Positions 35,548-49,297 are shown, counted from the first letter of the stretch. The stretch: DNA of 61,101 bases from Mesotaenium endlicherianum (GCA_009602735.1 WELA01000937.1:273581-334681), one strand, 5' to 3'. Numbers and translations: made by a program. Notes: generated by a model from the sequence alone, not told the origin.

Positions 35548-37730
35548 TTATCGATTAAAAAATACATCGTCATCATTATCATCATTTAAAGAACTCCAAC
35601 CTCGGCTTCTTCGCGGAGCTCTAAGACGGCTCATATTTGTGGGGTGGGGAATGGGAACTCCCACAAAGTCGGCAATTTCTTGCACTATCCAATCTTGTTC
35701 TCGGACTGTTAACTCACCCCCAAACAGGTGGCCGCTTCCCGTGCCTCCACGGCCTTCTTCCAAGATTTCACAAATTGTCACTGGCTTCTCTCCCTCCAGC
35801 TTCACAACCCCATAATATTATAAGAAGAAGAAAGAAAAGTAAGGTCAGAATTTAAAGCGGCCACAACCGAAAGTAACCTACTTCTACGTGCCATCCAAGA
35901 CCACAGCCGCAAATCAGAAAGTTCCTATACGAGGACACTCATTGCATGTCCGTTGGTCTCGGGTGATGCGCTTCTCGCATTTGTCACTCCATTGGCCCGG
36001 CATTCTACCCGAAAAGAGCAACATGAGTGCGTCTAGCTCAAACAAATCTGGTACTAGCGAGATGACATGACAGAAGTGTAGGATGAACCACAGGGCCCCT
36101 TTGGTGACGGAGAATCTCAGTTGCGAGAGGGAAGTGCAGACGTGAAGTTTACTTTGCGTCTGCCTGGCACGTCAGTTTCCTCTCGTTCTACGTCTCCTGT
36201 GCACAGGAAAAAAACTTCTACAGGTGCCCCGCATCCTCCAGGACGCGCACTTTGCACACCTTAACTTGAATGCAAAATATGAGGCCAGATTTTGCACTTG
36301 TGAGGTCAACAAGGAATTGACCATGTACTAACAACTGGAATTATAGACCTTGAAGAAGCAAAAAAAAATAGCTTGCAGTTGAAGCTTTATACGAGAGATA
36401 CAGAGCACTGACCAATAAAGCAAAGCTTAGCGTCGGCCCTTGAAAAAGTAGTGCTCACACCTACATCCACCACCTGGGCCAAGAAAAATATCGTCCTCTT
36501 TTTCAAGCGATGCAGGGGATGCCATTTGAGGCCCCGGAAAAGACAAAGGGCGAGCTTTGACATGAGGGATGGAACCACCCTTGGCACCTACCTCTTGCAC
36601 AGTGACACCTGTCGAGCAGATATCGCCCGTCTTGCCGCTGACAGCGCGGCTCCAAGCGCCGCCTGGCGCCGTCCACTTGATTTCATACGTGGAGCAGTTC
36701 ATGCTGATGTCCACTCCGACGGCAGTGGCCTTGAGCGTCTTAGCTGCCAGGCTTTTGGCACATCATAGGACGGCAGAGAAACAAAGACCACAAAGCAGAA
36801 ATTGATTTGAAAAACCAGAGAAGTCAAAGAACCAAAGAACCAAACAAAAACCCAAAATACACAAAAGCACAAAAGCACAAAAACACAAACAAAACAAAAC
36901 TTGACCGTCACACAGGCAAACAGAAAGAGGGCAGAGCCAGCGTTGTACGAGGACTAGCAACACGGAGTCAAGCCTCAAGAGGAAGCATGACGATGCCAAC
37001 GGCCACTTCATACATGCATCTACACACCCAAGTCGATGCACTATCGCTTCTTCACACGGAAAACTCGAAACATGCACGCACGTGCTCGTATGGTCTTGAG
37101 AGCAAGCTGCGGATAGCACATCAAATCCTCCGCACTAAAAGAGAGCGCAGAATGCCACAGATGGCATGCAGATGCGACACCTCACGAGGGGACATGACAC
37201 TTTCAAAATTCGTTCTTCAAGTCTTAAGGCTTGCCACTTGGTTCTGTGGGGTTAACTTGTTATAGTGAAGACAGAAGAAAAGGGGAAGGGGGGNCCTGGC
37301 ACCCACGGCCCAGAAGGGCAGCGAGAAGAGCGTCATGACAAGTGGCTTGGGCGCGCGCACCACCGTCGACGTGAACTGCACCATGAACGCGTTCCACGCC
37401 TGCCAACTCCCCCGTCCCCCACGGCGCACTCGATGCACTTGAGACATCGATACAGAAAACGATAGAAGGGAAGAGTCTACACACGAGGGGTTAACAACCA
37501 ACAACAGAAATAGGATGGTAAGCAGAGTGTGTGTGTGCAGGAAAACCGAGAACTCGTCAAGCACGCAACGTCTTGCTATCCCGCAGTCAGTTCCTGCTTC
37601 GCACACCACAAGCATATGCATGTGCACAGGCGGATGCAGGGCCTTTTTGCGATACATGGCCGCATGCACACTGGGCGGGCGGCAGGAGGCTTCCCTCCCC
37701 CCTCTCCCTCCCACTCACACACTCACACAC

Positions 37731-37776
<46 letters not shown>

Positions 37777-37777
37777 N

Positions 37778-37843
<66 letters not shown>

Positions 37844-38728
37844 GGTGTGTACAATAAGTGCACGTATGTGCACATATTAGTATGCACGCCTGAGCGCACA
37901 TGCGTGTGTGTGTATGTGTGCGTGTGTGTGTGTGCGCGTGTGTGTGTGTTTATGTGTGTGCTTGCGCGTGCGCGCGCTCATGCGTGTCTACATATGCATG
38001 CCTGCATGCCTGATCTTCAGTTTTTATCATTTTTATCATTCATTTTTTAGTATCAAGTGCCAGGCAGGGGGGGGGGAGGGAGAGGAGGGGGAGGAGGGGC
38101 AGACGGACACACGCACGATGGTGAAGGCGGCTACGCCCACGTTCTTTTGCGTGAGGCCGGCAGCCGGGATGTGGACGCGAATGGCATCGCCACTTTTCTC
38201 GAGCACCTGCTGAGACGTGTCAGCCAACAAGCTGGGGCGGGCTCATGCATCTATCTGGTTGAAAGGGATGTTAGAAAAAGAAGTTGCTGACCACTGGTGC
38301 TCAACAAACCCATAACGGCGACAGCCATAGCAGTCCACAACAATCCATAACAACCTGAACTATCATTAACAGTTACAACTTCTTGATGTTGATTATCATA
38401 ATCCTTTGATTATGCCTATGATAGCATGTACCCATGATACACCTATGATATCATATACCCAAAACATCACATACCCCTGATGTAGCCCACAATATTCAGA
38501 ATATTAAATGATACGATGTGTACATTCCATCACAAGAAGACCACGAGACACAGGATGCAGCGGACAGATAAGCTGCCCAAAGATAGTGGAGCTGAAATGA
38601 AGTGCATGAATTAACATCATGAAAAAGGAGACACGAGGCACAGAGCACTCCATGAAGACATATGCACATGCGTGTACGAGCGCCCGTGCGCCCGTGCGCG
38701 AGCGACCACGCACGCGCGCGTGCGTGTG

Positions 38729-38774
<46 letters not shown>

Positions 38775-39628
38775 CGCGTGCAAGCATGTGCGCGTGTGCA
38801 TGTGCACGCGTGTGTGTGCGCGCGCGTGCATGTGACAGAAAGGAAGGAAGATGGGCATTTATTGGAAGCTGAGAAGAGCGGCGGAGGGGGGGGGGGGGCA
38901 TGCGTTGAATGATGTAGCTAAATTCGGGAGGGGGCTGCAGGAGGAGCACCACTTTGGTGTCGTTGGGGCGGCGGACCCTCTCAGCCTGCGCGCCCTGGGG
39001 GCGCCACCTGTTGGCAGCACGCGCGGGCGGCGGTTGTTGTACAGGTGGCGGTGGCTCCCGCAAGGCACGGATTACCTCTGCCGGAGTCTGCCCCCAGCAA
39101 GCAAAGACACAACATTCAGGAGAACCGTAAGAAGGAGACATATTGAACGTGCAATGGGTTTTATTAACAAGACCAAGAACTCATTTTTTGCACTTGCCCC
39201 CTTCCGACGGCCACACACACCCCCTTCCCCCAGCCTTTGAAAGCACGTACTAATGTGCACACACAAGCACTCAAGTGCACGCACATGCGCAGCCCAACCA
39301 CTGACAAAGCCACACACAAGCACACACACACAGGTGCACGTGGGTGCACACCTGCACGCGGGCACACACACACGCACACACATACAAAAATGCATGCATA
39401 TAAAGACACCCACATGCGCGGGGTCCCATGCATGGACACACACACCTGGAAGCGGTCTTCGGGGGCGGGCTGGAGCAGTCGGTCAACCACATCCGCCAGG
39501 TGGCGGCTCATGCTCACTTGCGACCTGAAGTCCATCCTCAGCCGGGACTGCGCGTGTGCAACCACACTCCGCATGAACACACACATGAATACACACACAC
39601 ACACGCACACATACACATACGCGCGCAC

Positions 39629-39701
<73 letters not shown>

Positions 39702-42700
39702 AGTAAGTCTGTGGCAGGCAGGCAGCGGTGCAGCAAGAACCTCAGACTGAAGGGAACATCGAAAGCATGAAGGAGCGTTAAGGCTGACACCAGCGCTGAG
39801 AGCGATTTTTTGCAGCAGCTGCGCGTACCTGGAGCAAGAGGGGTCTTGATGTTCTATTCGACACGAACAAACAAAAGGTGAGAGGAAAAGTGCCTAAGAG
39901 AGATAAAGGAACGTGCTCGCTCATGTACGTACTACGATGTGGTGTGCTGGCACGCGCAAGGACCACACAGAAAGCTTTTTGACAGACACTTCAAAAAGGT
40001 AAGAAGAGGAGGGAGAGGGGCAGGGAAGACAGGGAGGAGGCGAGGTCGGGCGTGCTGCACTGGGGGGCATGCCTGGGGGAAGGAAGAAGGGGGGCGTCCG
40101 GAGAGGAGGAAGAGGAGAGTGGCCCCCAGGCCGTAGAGGTCGGTGCGCTCGTCCGCGCGGTTCTGGAACTGCTCCGGCGCCATGTACCCAAACTGCCTCA
40201 CGCAGGAAACAATTACCCGCCCCACACATGCACACCCGCACGCCAATCCCCAACCAAAGAAAAAATAGGCACACACGTACACACACACACACACACATGC
40301 GCGCACACGCACGCAGATACAAAGAGAGAAAGAGACGGAGAGGTGGAGAAAGGGAGGGGAGAGGGTCCAAACACAGTGGGGAGGCACACACGTACGAATC
40401 CAATGCCAGCGACAGCATCACTATGAAGCTGAGACTCACTCAGCTGTTTCTGGCACATATGGGTACACTAGCCTCTCTACATGCGTGCGCGTGCTTGCAT
40501 GTGTACAATTGCCGGTCTGCGTCTGCAGGTGTGCGAGTTTGGTTCCTACTTGTATGCCTTCATAGTGAGGAAAACATAGGGAGAGAAGTACAAGGAGCCG
40601 ATGAGAGGGGGCAACGAAGCAGCTCTGTGGAACAGCAACTTCTCCGCCGATTGGAGGGACCAATAAGGATGAGGCTTGCAATAGCCCACAGGACAGGGCA
40701 GTCGGGGTGTGCGAGAAATAAGTTCCAGTTGAGAAAAGCAGAAGCACACAAAGGAGAGATGATTCGGAGATCCCAGGCAGACGGCAGTAAGCATGGATGT
40801 TGAAAAAGAAGAGTAATGTAAGACTTGTGGTGGAGAAGGAGGGGGCTAAGGTTCAGAACTCGAGGAGGGTCAGGCCACGCTCCCACGGTGGTGCAAACAC
40901 CAACGTTGATGGTGCCAACGCCGAGGGTTCAAGCGTCGGTGTCAGTGGGTGCGGGAGTTGCGCCAGCGCAAGGGGGTGGCGGGGTGGCAGACGAGCCATC
41001 GAACCCAGGCCACCCTCAGGGTAAGGTCAGCCAACCGGGCTGACTTCAGAGCCGAGGTTCGACGCGTTGGCCCGTCAACGTGTTGGCCCGACAAAGGTCC
41101 AGGGTCTCTGACAAAGGTTCTGGGTCCGACAGAAGTACAGAGTAACGCATGGTGCCAAATTGTGCCCGCCGTAAGCGAGGCGGCAGAAACTTCCCACACG
41201 GTGCCACAGTCGACCACTCGCTAGGTTCTAGACCTCGTCCTGATCTTGGGGTCTTAAGGTTTGGGGCTTTTGAAGTTTCTTGTTTTTCATCTGGGGTCTG
41301 ACTAGGGTGCAGGGGGGCAAGGGTGCAGCGGGGACGCACGGTGCCAACGATGGTGCCGCCCATAAGTGAGGTGGCGGCAGCGTCTTGCACCGCGCCGAAG
41401 TCAACCACTTGCACATGGCCCGTGGCTGTGTCCAGAATCACATTCTCCGGCTGCGCACACGCGACGCACACGGCTTCATGAATTTATTGCTCACGGAAGA
41501 AAGCGGGGCATCTGAAGGGCGTAAGAGATGGTCAATGGACTTGGGTTATTTGCAGAGTTGGTAAGGACAGAAACTAGACGAACAAGATTTGACGTAATCA
41601 GATCTGAGGCAGCATCCAGCCAGCCAATGGCGTGAAGGACGGGCGAGGAGGACGAGGAGGAGGAGGAGGAGGAATCACCCGTGAATAAATAAATGGGGAG
41701 GATCAATATAAGCAATTGAGGAGAAGTACTGAAAGAGGAGGTAGGGAACGAAGAGCGTTAGCGAATGACTCTTCAAGCAGACAAGCACTCTGCACGATGC
41801 TTTTCGATACAAGCATTCATGCATGCACAAAAAAACGGGTATTCAGAAAAAACTCACGTAGGCGTTGCGGACATGCATACTCGCACATGTGCGCGGGTGC
41901 CCGATTTCAGCACACGATTCTCAGACGCGCTGCATGAAGCCTGAAGCCGAAGATTCCAATCCTCAGAAAAGCACGCTCGGCGCTCATGGTCTCTGCATCG
42001 GACTGGGTCATGCGATAACCTAGAGAATGGCAGCAGCTGCTGCCGCCGCCAAGGGTGCCCAGGGTTTCTGCGCGTCGCGCGTGTGTTCCTCTTGGGGCCC
42101 CTTCTTATTTGATACACAACGCATCAATAATGAAAGCACTTCACACACGACTCGGGTGGGCGTGGTACTCACGCGTACCTGTTTGTATCTGCATGTTGCG
42201 TGTCCCTCTTCTTTATAAAATTCTATCAAAAAATGAAATTGAATGGCTCATCAAATATCAACTGCACAGCTCAACATGCCCAGCGAACGATGGGGCCAGG
42301 AGCAGGGCGGGGGGGGGGCACCTTGATGTCTCTGTGAATGACAGCTGGCCGCAGTGACTGCAGATAGCGCAGCACCTCCAGGACCTGACAAAATATAAAT
42401 TGCATCGAGATAAGCCATGAATGGCGGTGATATGTATGGATTGAGGTAAGATAAAACATGAATAATATGGATTGTGGTCGTATAACATATCGATTCATAT
42501 GAATCTGCGGTACAATGAGACGTGTATTATAGGAATTGCGGTTGGATACGACATGAATAATAAGGATAGCGGTGGAATAAAGCCCGAATGGCATGAAGAA
42601 TTGTCGGCCGTCGTCTACCCCGCCAAAGCAGTCACATCATAGCACCACGCTTCAATGTTTTTTCATCAGTCTTTCTTTAAGAAAGCGGCTTTGCAACAGG

Positions 42701-42826
42701 TTTGGACGTGCATTGCGTCAAGAAGCGGGACTGCATGTGTTGGAAGCGCAGAATTCTATCAGCTGGCAAGGAGTGTCAGAGGAAGTCACAGCTCCTCAGC
42801 TCCTCGGACAATATTGCTATTTTGCA

Positions 42827-42882
<56 letters not shown>

Positions 42883-44314
42883 AAGTACATACATGCCAAT
42901 TACGTATAGCAGTTACACATATTGAAGTGCTGGCAGGGCTGACTATGCGCATGCGAAGTGATAACAGAAGGAATTTGAAGACGCCTGTTCACGGGCACGG
43001 CAGGGGGGCGGGCGGCCGACGGTTCCTGAAGGAGCTAGGCTGATGAAGAGATGTCCATAGACTAGGCGATGAACGCGTGGCGGTGGCAGTGGCGGCGGCG
43101 GCGGTGGTGGTGGTGGTAGAGGAGGAGGCGGAGGTGGAGGAGATTAAAACGTTCTCTTCAAAGAGAAGGAAGAATAAGTATTCAAAGAAAAGAGAGAATA
43201 AGGAGGAGCCAATAAGAAGGAGGAATTGATGCAGATTAAGGGGTGACTCCAAGAAGGAAAGTGGGCGCAATGCCTGAGTGCATGCAAATTTATAGAACGG
43301 TGGGAGGTGTGTGTGTATTGTGTGTGTGAGAGAGAGTGAGCACGCACGTGCATGCGTGTGTGTGTGTGTGTGTGTGTGTGTGCATGTGTATGTGTGTGTG
43401 TGTGTGCGCGCGCGCTTTGTGTGTAAGCTTAAAGTACAGAAAATTGATGTAATCTCTTGCAAAATAAAAAACTTAAGTTTCTAAGTCCATCACATGTAAA
43501 ATTCTTTTCAGAAGTGGATCCAGAGGAGGCGTGCAGGAGGCGCCAGGTGTCCACCCAGCAATGCACAAAGCGCACAACTCACCTCACACGCGATGCGCAC
43601 AGCCTCCTCCTCGGTGGGTCTCCAGCTGCCAGATGTCACGAGCTGAGCCAACGACTGACCCGGAGCAATCTTCTGGACGAGGTAAAATCTTCTGTCGGTG
43701 GCGCTGTCCTCCTGCCAGCACCGATGTGCGACGTGTTAAGATTTCGAGTCGCGGAATGTGATTTCCCGCAAATCCCCACGAGCTCATGCAGCTCTGCCGT
43801 GTAGATGATGACAAGTCCCCACGTGACACGCAGGTGATGTCTTATTGCTTCCACATTCAACGTCAAAACGCCAAAACTGGGGGGACCTAGCCCGGTCTGC
43901 TGACCTCTGGTGTTCCGACACGATGAAGGCATGACAATGTCTGTATGCGGATTCGTTTGGGTACACATGCATGATATACAGAAGGTAGCCATGGAGGAGC
44001 TCTGACGATGAAAAGTATGTGCATGATGTGGGGCACGTCCCTGAATGTTCACGTGCACTTATTTAAATACACATAGAAATGAACTTAAATACATATAAAC
44101 ATACACATTAATATATATACATATACATATAAGTACATACCTGCGCGCATGCATACATGTGTGTGTCGTGAACACACACAAAAGGATTGAAGAAGAAACG
44201 TACCTCGAAATAGTCAATGTACTGGGGAATGCCGGGGTGCGCGAGGGATTGCAGCACGCGCGCCTCTCTCTCAAACAAGTCCAGCTCCTGCCCGCAGACG
44301 AATCCGCGCACGCG

Positions 44315-44346
<32 letters not shown>

Positions 44347-46748
44347 TTCAGAAAGCCGCAAGCACAACAAGCACGAGCGGGCGTTGGGCTCCTTCCTGAA
44401 CTTGCACACGAGATGCCTTCAGGAGCAGGAATCACTGTGCACGGCCCTACGCCCGTGACAAGCTTCGGACTTCTGACGCACCTGCAAGCAGGTAACGTGT
44501 GTGCGTGCATCTCCTTGTGCTTTATATATACAGACACACACATACATATATACATATATATGTACGTACATTTAGATACGTGTGTCTACTCACGTGTTTA
44601 TCAATGTATGTGTTGGAAGATCAAACCCTCGTATGAATAAGGTGAAGATAGATATGATAAGAGTTCAGTTGACAACGAGTAGCTAGAGCACAACAAGGGC
44701 TCGAACACTCTCCCTCTCCCCCCCTCCGTTCCCACTATGCCCCCCTTCTCCTTTACCCCCCGATTTGCGTACAATAGACGTGGAAGCATGTGAAAATTAT
44801 GAGAGAAAGAAAGCACCTTCCAGGCGTGCATGGTCCGCAGTGACATGGCTTTGACAGCCACCGGCTCGCCGCCAGCTGTCACCGCCTGGTACATCGTGCC
44901 CACCCCACCCTGCCCGAGGATCCCAGTTATGCGATACTTGCCCCCCACCAACTCCCCCAGCTCCAGCCCCACCCCCCCCAGGCCTTCCCCTGGACGTGCC
45001 AACTGGCCCGGCTTTGATGTTGACGCTGAGCTGGCACCTGCTGCCAGGAGCTGCGCCCACTCGACTTGCGCCACGTGTTGCTCCTGTGGCCCTCCTGACT
45101 GCCCCTGGCCTGTCGGCAGAGCAGATCCACCCTCTCTGCGCAACACACAGAAGTTTGACACAAATAATATTTTGACATTAACATTATTTCGACACATTAC
45201 TATAATTGTCATCTGGATGCTATGAATTTTCTTATAGCGTCTCAGTCTCATCAACGAAAAAACGCCAGCAGACTGCCAACATCGCCTACTGCTGCACTCA
45301 GACCAACTCTAACAGTGCCTGCTGCAAATCAATGCACTCAAATGGCGCCTATCGCGAGTCAGCGCTTGAATCAGAGGCTCTTTGCTCAGGCCCTTCTGGA
45401 CAGACAGGGTGCATGTTTAAAAAGCTTAGTATTAAGTCTACATTAGGCTAGATTTAAGCATGATACAATTGTGCAGCGTGGCGCATTATCAGTAGAGTGC
45501 ATGCCACTCACATTCACATGCCAATCAACCACATTCACGTAGCACACGCACACACACAACTTCAAACAAGAACCTCTCAGCCTGGAGTGGAGCAGCCTGT
45601 CGGGTAAACTCTTCCCCTCCCCCGTGGTCCCCAGGAGAGAAGACCTTAAACCTCGAATTGAAAAACTCAAGGGGGTTTCACAAGGGGGGTTACAAGGGGG
45701 TTATTAGAACTTATAGAAGCAGATATTCAGCTTTTAACAAGAACTATTGTTGGGGAGCACAGGGGATTTGTCTTCAAATACTCTAAAACAGGGCAGTAAT
45801 TCCTCCCTCAATCCCCAATAACGAGGTTGTCAGCAGACTCAGTGGAGGAATGAGCTTCTGGGTTGGCTGTAAAAACTTTTCCGAGTTTCACTCTGCTCTA
45901 ATCTATCAACTCTCTCCAGACTCCGACATGTAAGCAAGCTCCCGACTCCAGACATCCTGCCAATTCAATTTGTTCTGCCGCCACACTTATGAGAGTCCCC
46001 TGCCATCCTTTTCCCTCGAACACTAGGCACGCGAATTCCACCTTCAATGTTCACCTACACCAGCCCCTTTGGAGAAGGAATACCTAACTCAAAACCACGT
46101 CAAATCTGCGCACATTTGAACTACGTGATGGTTGTGAAGCGTTCAAGAAACTTGATTTTCACATATCTTGTGCTGGCCAGCAGACTGCCGAGTGCATTCG
46201 CTGTTGGTCACTCGGTGTTAATGTCGTTGCAGGTGTACTTACGGAGCTGTTTGAGGTGGGTGAGGGGTGTGTAAGCGGGGAGGATCTGGAATTGCTTCTG
46301 GTGGTTGAGTTCTTCGCCTTCACAGACACGAGTGCATACTTGTGTGCATGCACAAAGGCTGTCTACGATGACCTATCATCAAGAAGGAAGGTACTCACTC
46401 TACTGATGCCCGTATTTCAAAGTTGATGGCCGTGCGGAATCTCCTCTTTGCCACAAAATTTGTACATCTCGAAATGCTACCGAGCATGCCATGCTCATTT
46501 CCCTTGAGATTTATTAGACGTGATAGATTAGTCCTGCTCTTCCTCCTACTGCTGTCGTCAATCCTGAGTTTGTCAACCTTTCTAAAGTGGCAATGTGGGC
46601 CACTGCAATAACCGCGACTAGAGCTCTCATTCCCCCGCAGGCAGGTGGTTGGCTCTGACCAAGACAGTTCAGAGTAGCAGGAATGTACGCAATTATCCTT
46701 CAAAGCTATCCCAGCACTAACTATGCCTCGCACTAAACCTGCAGACAT
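35548..46748 (-). CDS. Cyanobacterial Pkn2/Spk-like Hanks-type Ser/Thr protein kinase with a putative plastid transit peptide and C-terminal membrane segments, 13 exons
   Basis: Exons 46748-46399, 45135-44817, 44287-44204, 43711-43583, 42384-42322, 41450-41340, 40192-40073 (GC donor), 39547-39446, 39087-~38950, 38206-38117, 37399-37296, 36751-36592 and 35799-35548. Kinase motifs: LGQGGVGTMY, VAVK, ELDLFEREARVLQSLAHPGIPQYIDYFE, IHRDIKPENVIL, VDFGAV, GTFGYMAPEQF and DLYGLGATLLFLLSG. The hydrophobic AAFTIAWNAFM and LFSLPFWAVG segments follow. The 3' exon boundaries are less certain. Confidence 0.88.
37733..37840. repeat. (CT)n microsatellite
   Basis: Visible directly; contains one N. Confidence 0.95.
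39632..39698. repeat. (GA)n microsatellite
   Basis: Visible directly. Confidence 0.95.
41145..41218 (-). pseudogene. Degenerate copy of the 3' part of the kinase DFG exon plus its splice donor
   Basis: Aligns to 41334-41409 with 54 of 76 identities by hand. It reads VVDCGTVWEVSAASLTAGTI/GT against VVDFGAVQDAAATSLMGGTIVGT, has a 2-nt deletion, and the donor GTGCGT has become ATGCGT. Confidence 0.75.
42830..42879. repeat. (AT)n microsatellite
   Basis: Visible directly. Confidence 0.95.
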
Positions 46749-49259
46749 TCTCTTTCTCGCTTCAGTATGTGGCTTCTCTTGACGCAATTTGTCAACTGGC
46801 GCTTTTGAAAATAGTTGACTCGCTAATGAGCAACATGCAGGTCTTGTTGACGCAAAATACCTCTGTTAGACCGACGTCAGAATGCCCCTCCATACATTTT
46901 TTGCGCAGGAAACTTGAATCATGGAGCGAAAGACTGATAAGAGCAAGAGCCCTCACTAGCGCAACAAAGAGTTGAACCTACCCTAAGGGAAGATGACAGA
47001 GCAAGGTGGAAATGGAAGGACCAACATGTGGAGGAGACATAGGAAGCTCGAGGGGAATTTGAGAAGCATTTGGAGAGAAGAACGAGGGAGTGCCTTGCAA
47101 GAATGTCTTATAATGGCCTGGGATTGTCTGCAACGTCTTGTGATCAAACTTAAATAAGAACGAAGGCCGTGAGCTCGTGCAGTGTTGGGTGCTTCTGTGA
47201 TGAGACATCTGGCATTGTCCGACCCTTCTTCTTAGCAGCTCGCCATCTGTCTCACGCTTTAAATAAAAAGTTCCGCTATATTGCCTTGCACGTTAGGAGG
47301 GGAAAGGTCTACAATTTGTGGACTACTGCGTCGGGCGGTGATGTCTCGTAGCTCCGGGGGAGGGTGGATTTTAGAATTTTCCTGTGGCTTTTTGGACAAT
47401 TGTTGTGGCCTTCAACGATCAGATTGTCACGAGTATTCTTGCACAAATCTTCCTGCTGCGAGCTTTCCAGAGATTGATGTGAGTTCCTCATGAAGGTGCG
47501 TGTGATCTAGTGTGTGTTGGTCGTTACATCCTGGTAGCCAAATCCGGGGGGCTAAAATAACTGCTGCTCTTTATTCGAAATCAGGCGTGGGTTGCAGCGA
47601 GTTGATGCCTCCTATATATAGAGCTGCCCTGTTCAATAGCTGCCATGCTCACTCCACTACTGTTAGACAACCATAGCTGGCGGTATAAGTCCCACTTGAT
47701 CTTCACAGAGTTTGTACTACTGAATGTTTTACATGGTGTGAAAGGCCCCCTGGGTGGTAACCGCGTGTCTTCGTATCTTCCAGAGGGTGGGCCAGAGCTG
47801 GCTGCCAAATTCCTGCCCAGATTTCTGCACACAGTTTTTTGCGTCTTCAGAGAAGCATATAGAAGCAGGGCAGGCACACGAGTCAGCCAGGTGGTCAAAA
47901 GTGGCGTGCACAGGCAGGCTCCCTGCCACCGCAGGGGGGCAAGTGCGGCTCACCCTTCTACCTCTTTGCCTCTGCCTGCCTGCCTGCTTCCCTGAGCTCC
48001 CCAGCTGTCCTCTTGTCCCAGCACGCAATTGTGGCAACTCTTGCCCGTCTCTCTCTGCACGGAAGAACAAACCACATGGGGGTGGATAATTCGCCTGATG
48101 TGTATGTGTGATTGGAGAGACGAGAAAGGGAGAGCAGGCTACTACGAGAAGCATACTTAAGACTCTCTCTCTCGGAAGAGCAGGTCCGGGACCTGGACGC
48201 AGGCATGTGTGGACCACATGAGTAGCATCTTGAATATGCATGGTTGATGCAGGTGGGCTTCGGGATCAAAGCGGAGCAAGGTGGAGGATAGGATTGAGGA
48301 GAATAGTCGGAAAGAATGAGTGGACAGGGAGGGCAACGCCCATATAGGGTGCGAGCTGCCAGAGAGTCAAAGCACAAGCGACGATGAGAGGGGGAGAGAG
48401 GGGAAGAGGGGGAGAGAGGGTGAGGGAAAGTCCCCAGTGACTCCATGGGAGTTCCTCTTATTTCTTGAGAGCTCAGATGAGACCTTTGCATGATAAGCGG
48501 GCAGCCTGGCTGCAATTAGTCTCAGATGTGAACGGGGTCCTCGTGGGGGGGAAGCAAAGCAGTGGCAGCAAGACAGCTCACGCTCGTGACGGCGACAAGG
48601 TAAGCAACCACCCCTTGTTGTGCTCATAGAGTCACTAAAGCAGGGAAGAGCAGTTCATGTCCAACGTTGAGGGCTAAGGCTCTAGGTGCGGACCTGCCGG
48701 GTAAGACCGTGCCTTTTCTTCTGTCAAGGTGATCTAGTTGGTCCAATTGGGAGTCAAGTTGCCCTTATCATACAAATCCGGTGCCATGTGTTGCGCCCGC
48801 TGCTGACATCCCGGGAGGTAAATGCGCCAGACTGCCTGCCTTCAGACCTTCTGACTTGCATGCATCAGCTTTTTCAAGGGAGGATGGAAGGATGGAAGGG
48901 AAGAAGGAGGGGGCTTTTGGGGGGGGGGGGGGGATGGGGGGGGCTAAAGGATAGGATTGTGGACAAGCAAATGTGTGAATGCTGAGGATGTAGGCCGAGG
49001 CTTAGGGGTCTTGGCATTAGGGTTGGTACGTTCTGAGGTGCCGAAGAGCAGAGGAGGCATTCAGCCGGGGTTAAGGACTTAGGAAAGCAAAGGTGGCAAG
49101 TTGGCTGGTTGTTTGTGAGAGCGACAGGAGAACCTGCCGTTCTCACAAAACCTGCAGTTTTGGGAACGGATTAAATCTCCTTTCCAAGAAGAAAAAAAAG
49201 AAGAAAAAAAAGAGAAACAATGAAGCAAAAGGCACCGAGAACAAGAGCCTGTCTCAAGC

Positions 49260-49297
<38 letters not shown>

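Noticed and set aside
35548..46748. Kinase as an ABC1K plastoglobule kinase (a known tocopherol regulator)
   Set aside because: It has canonical Hanks motifs (HRDIKPEN, DFG, APE), not the atypical ABC1/UbiB motifs.
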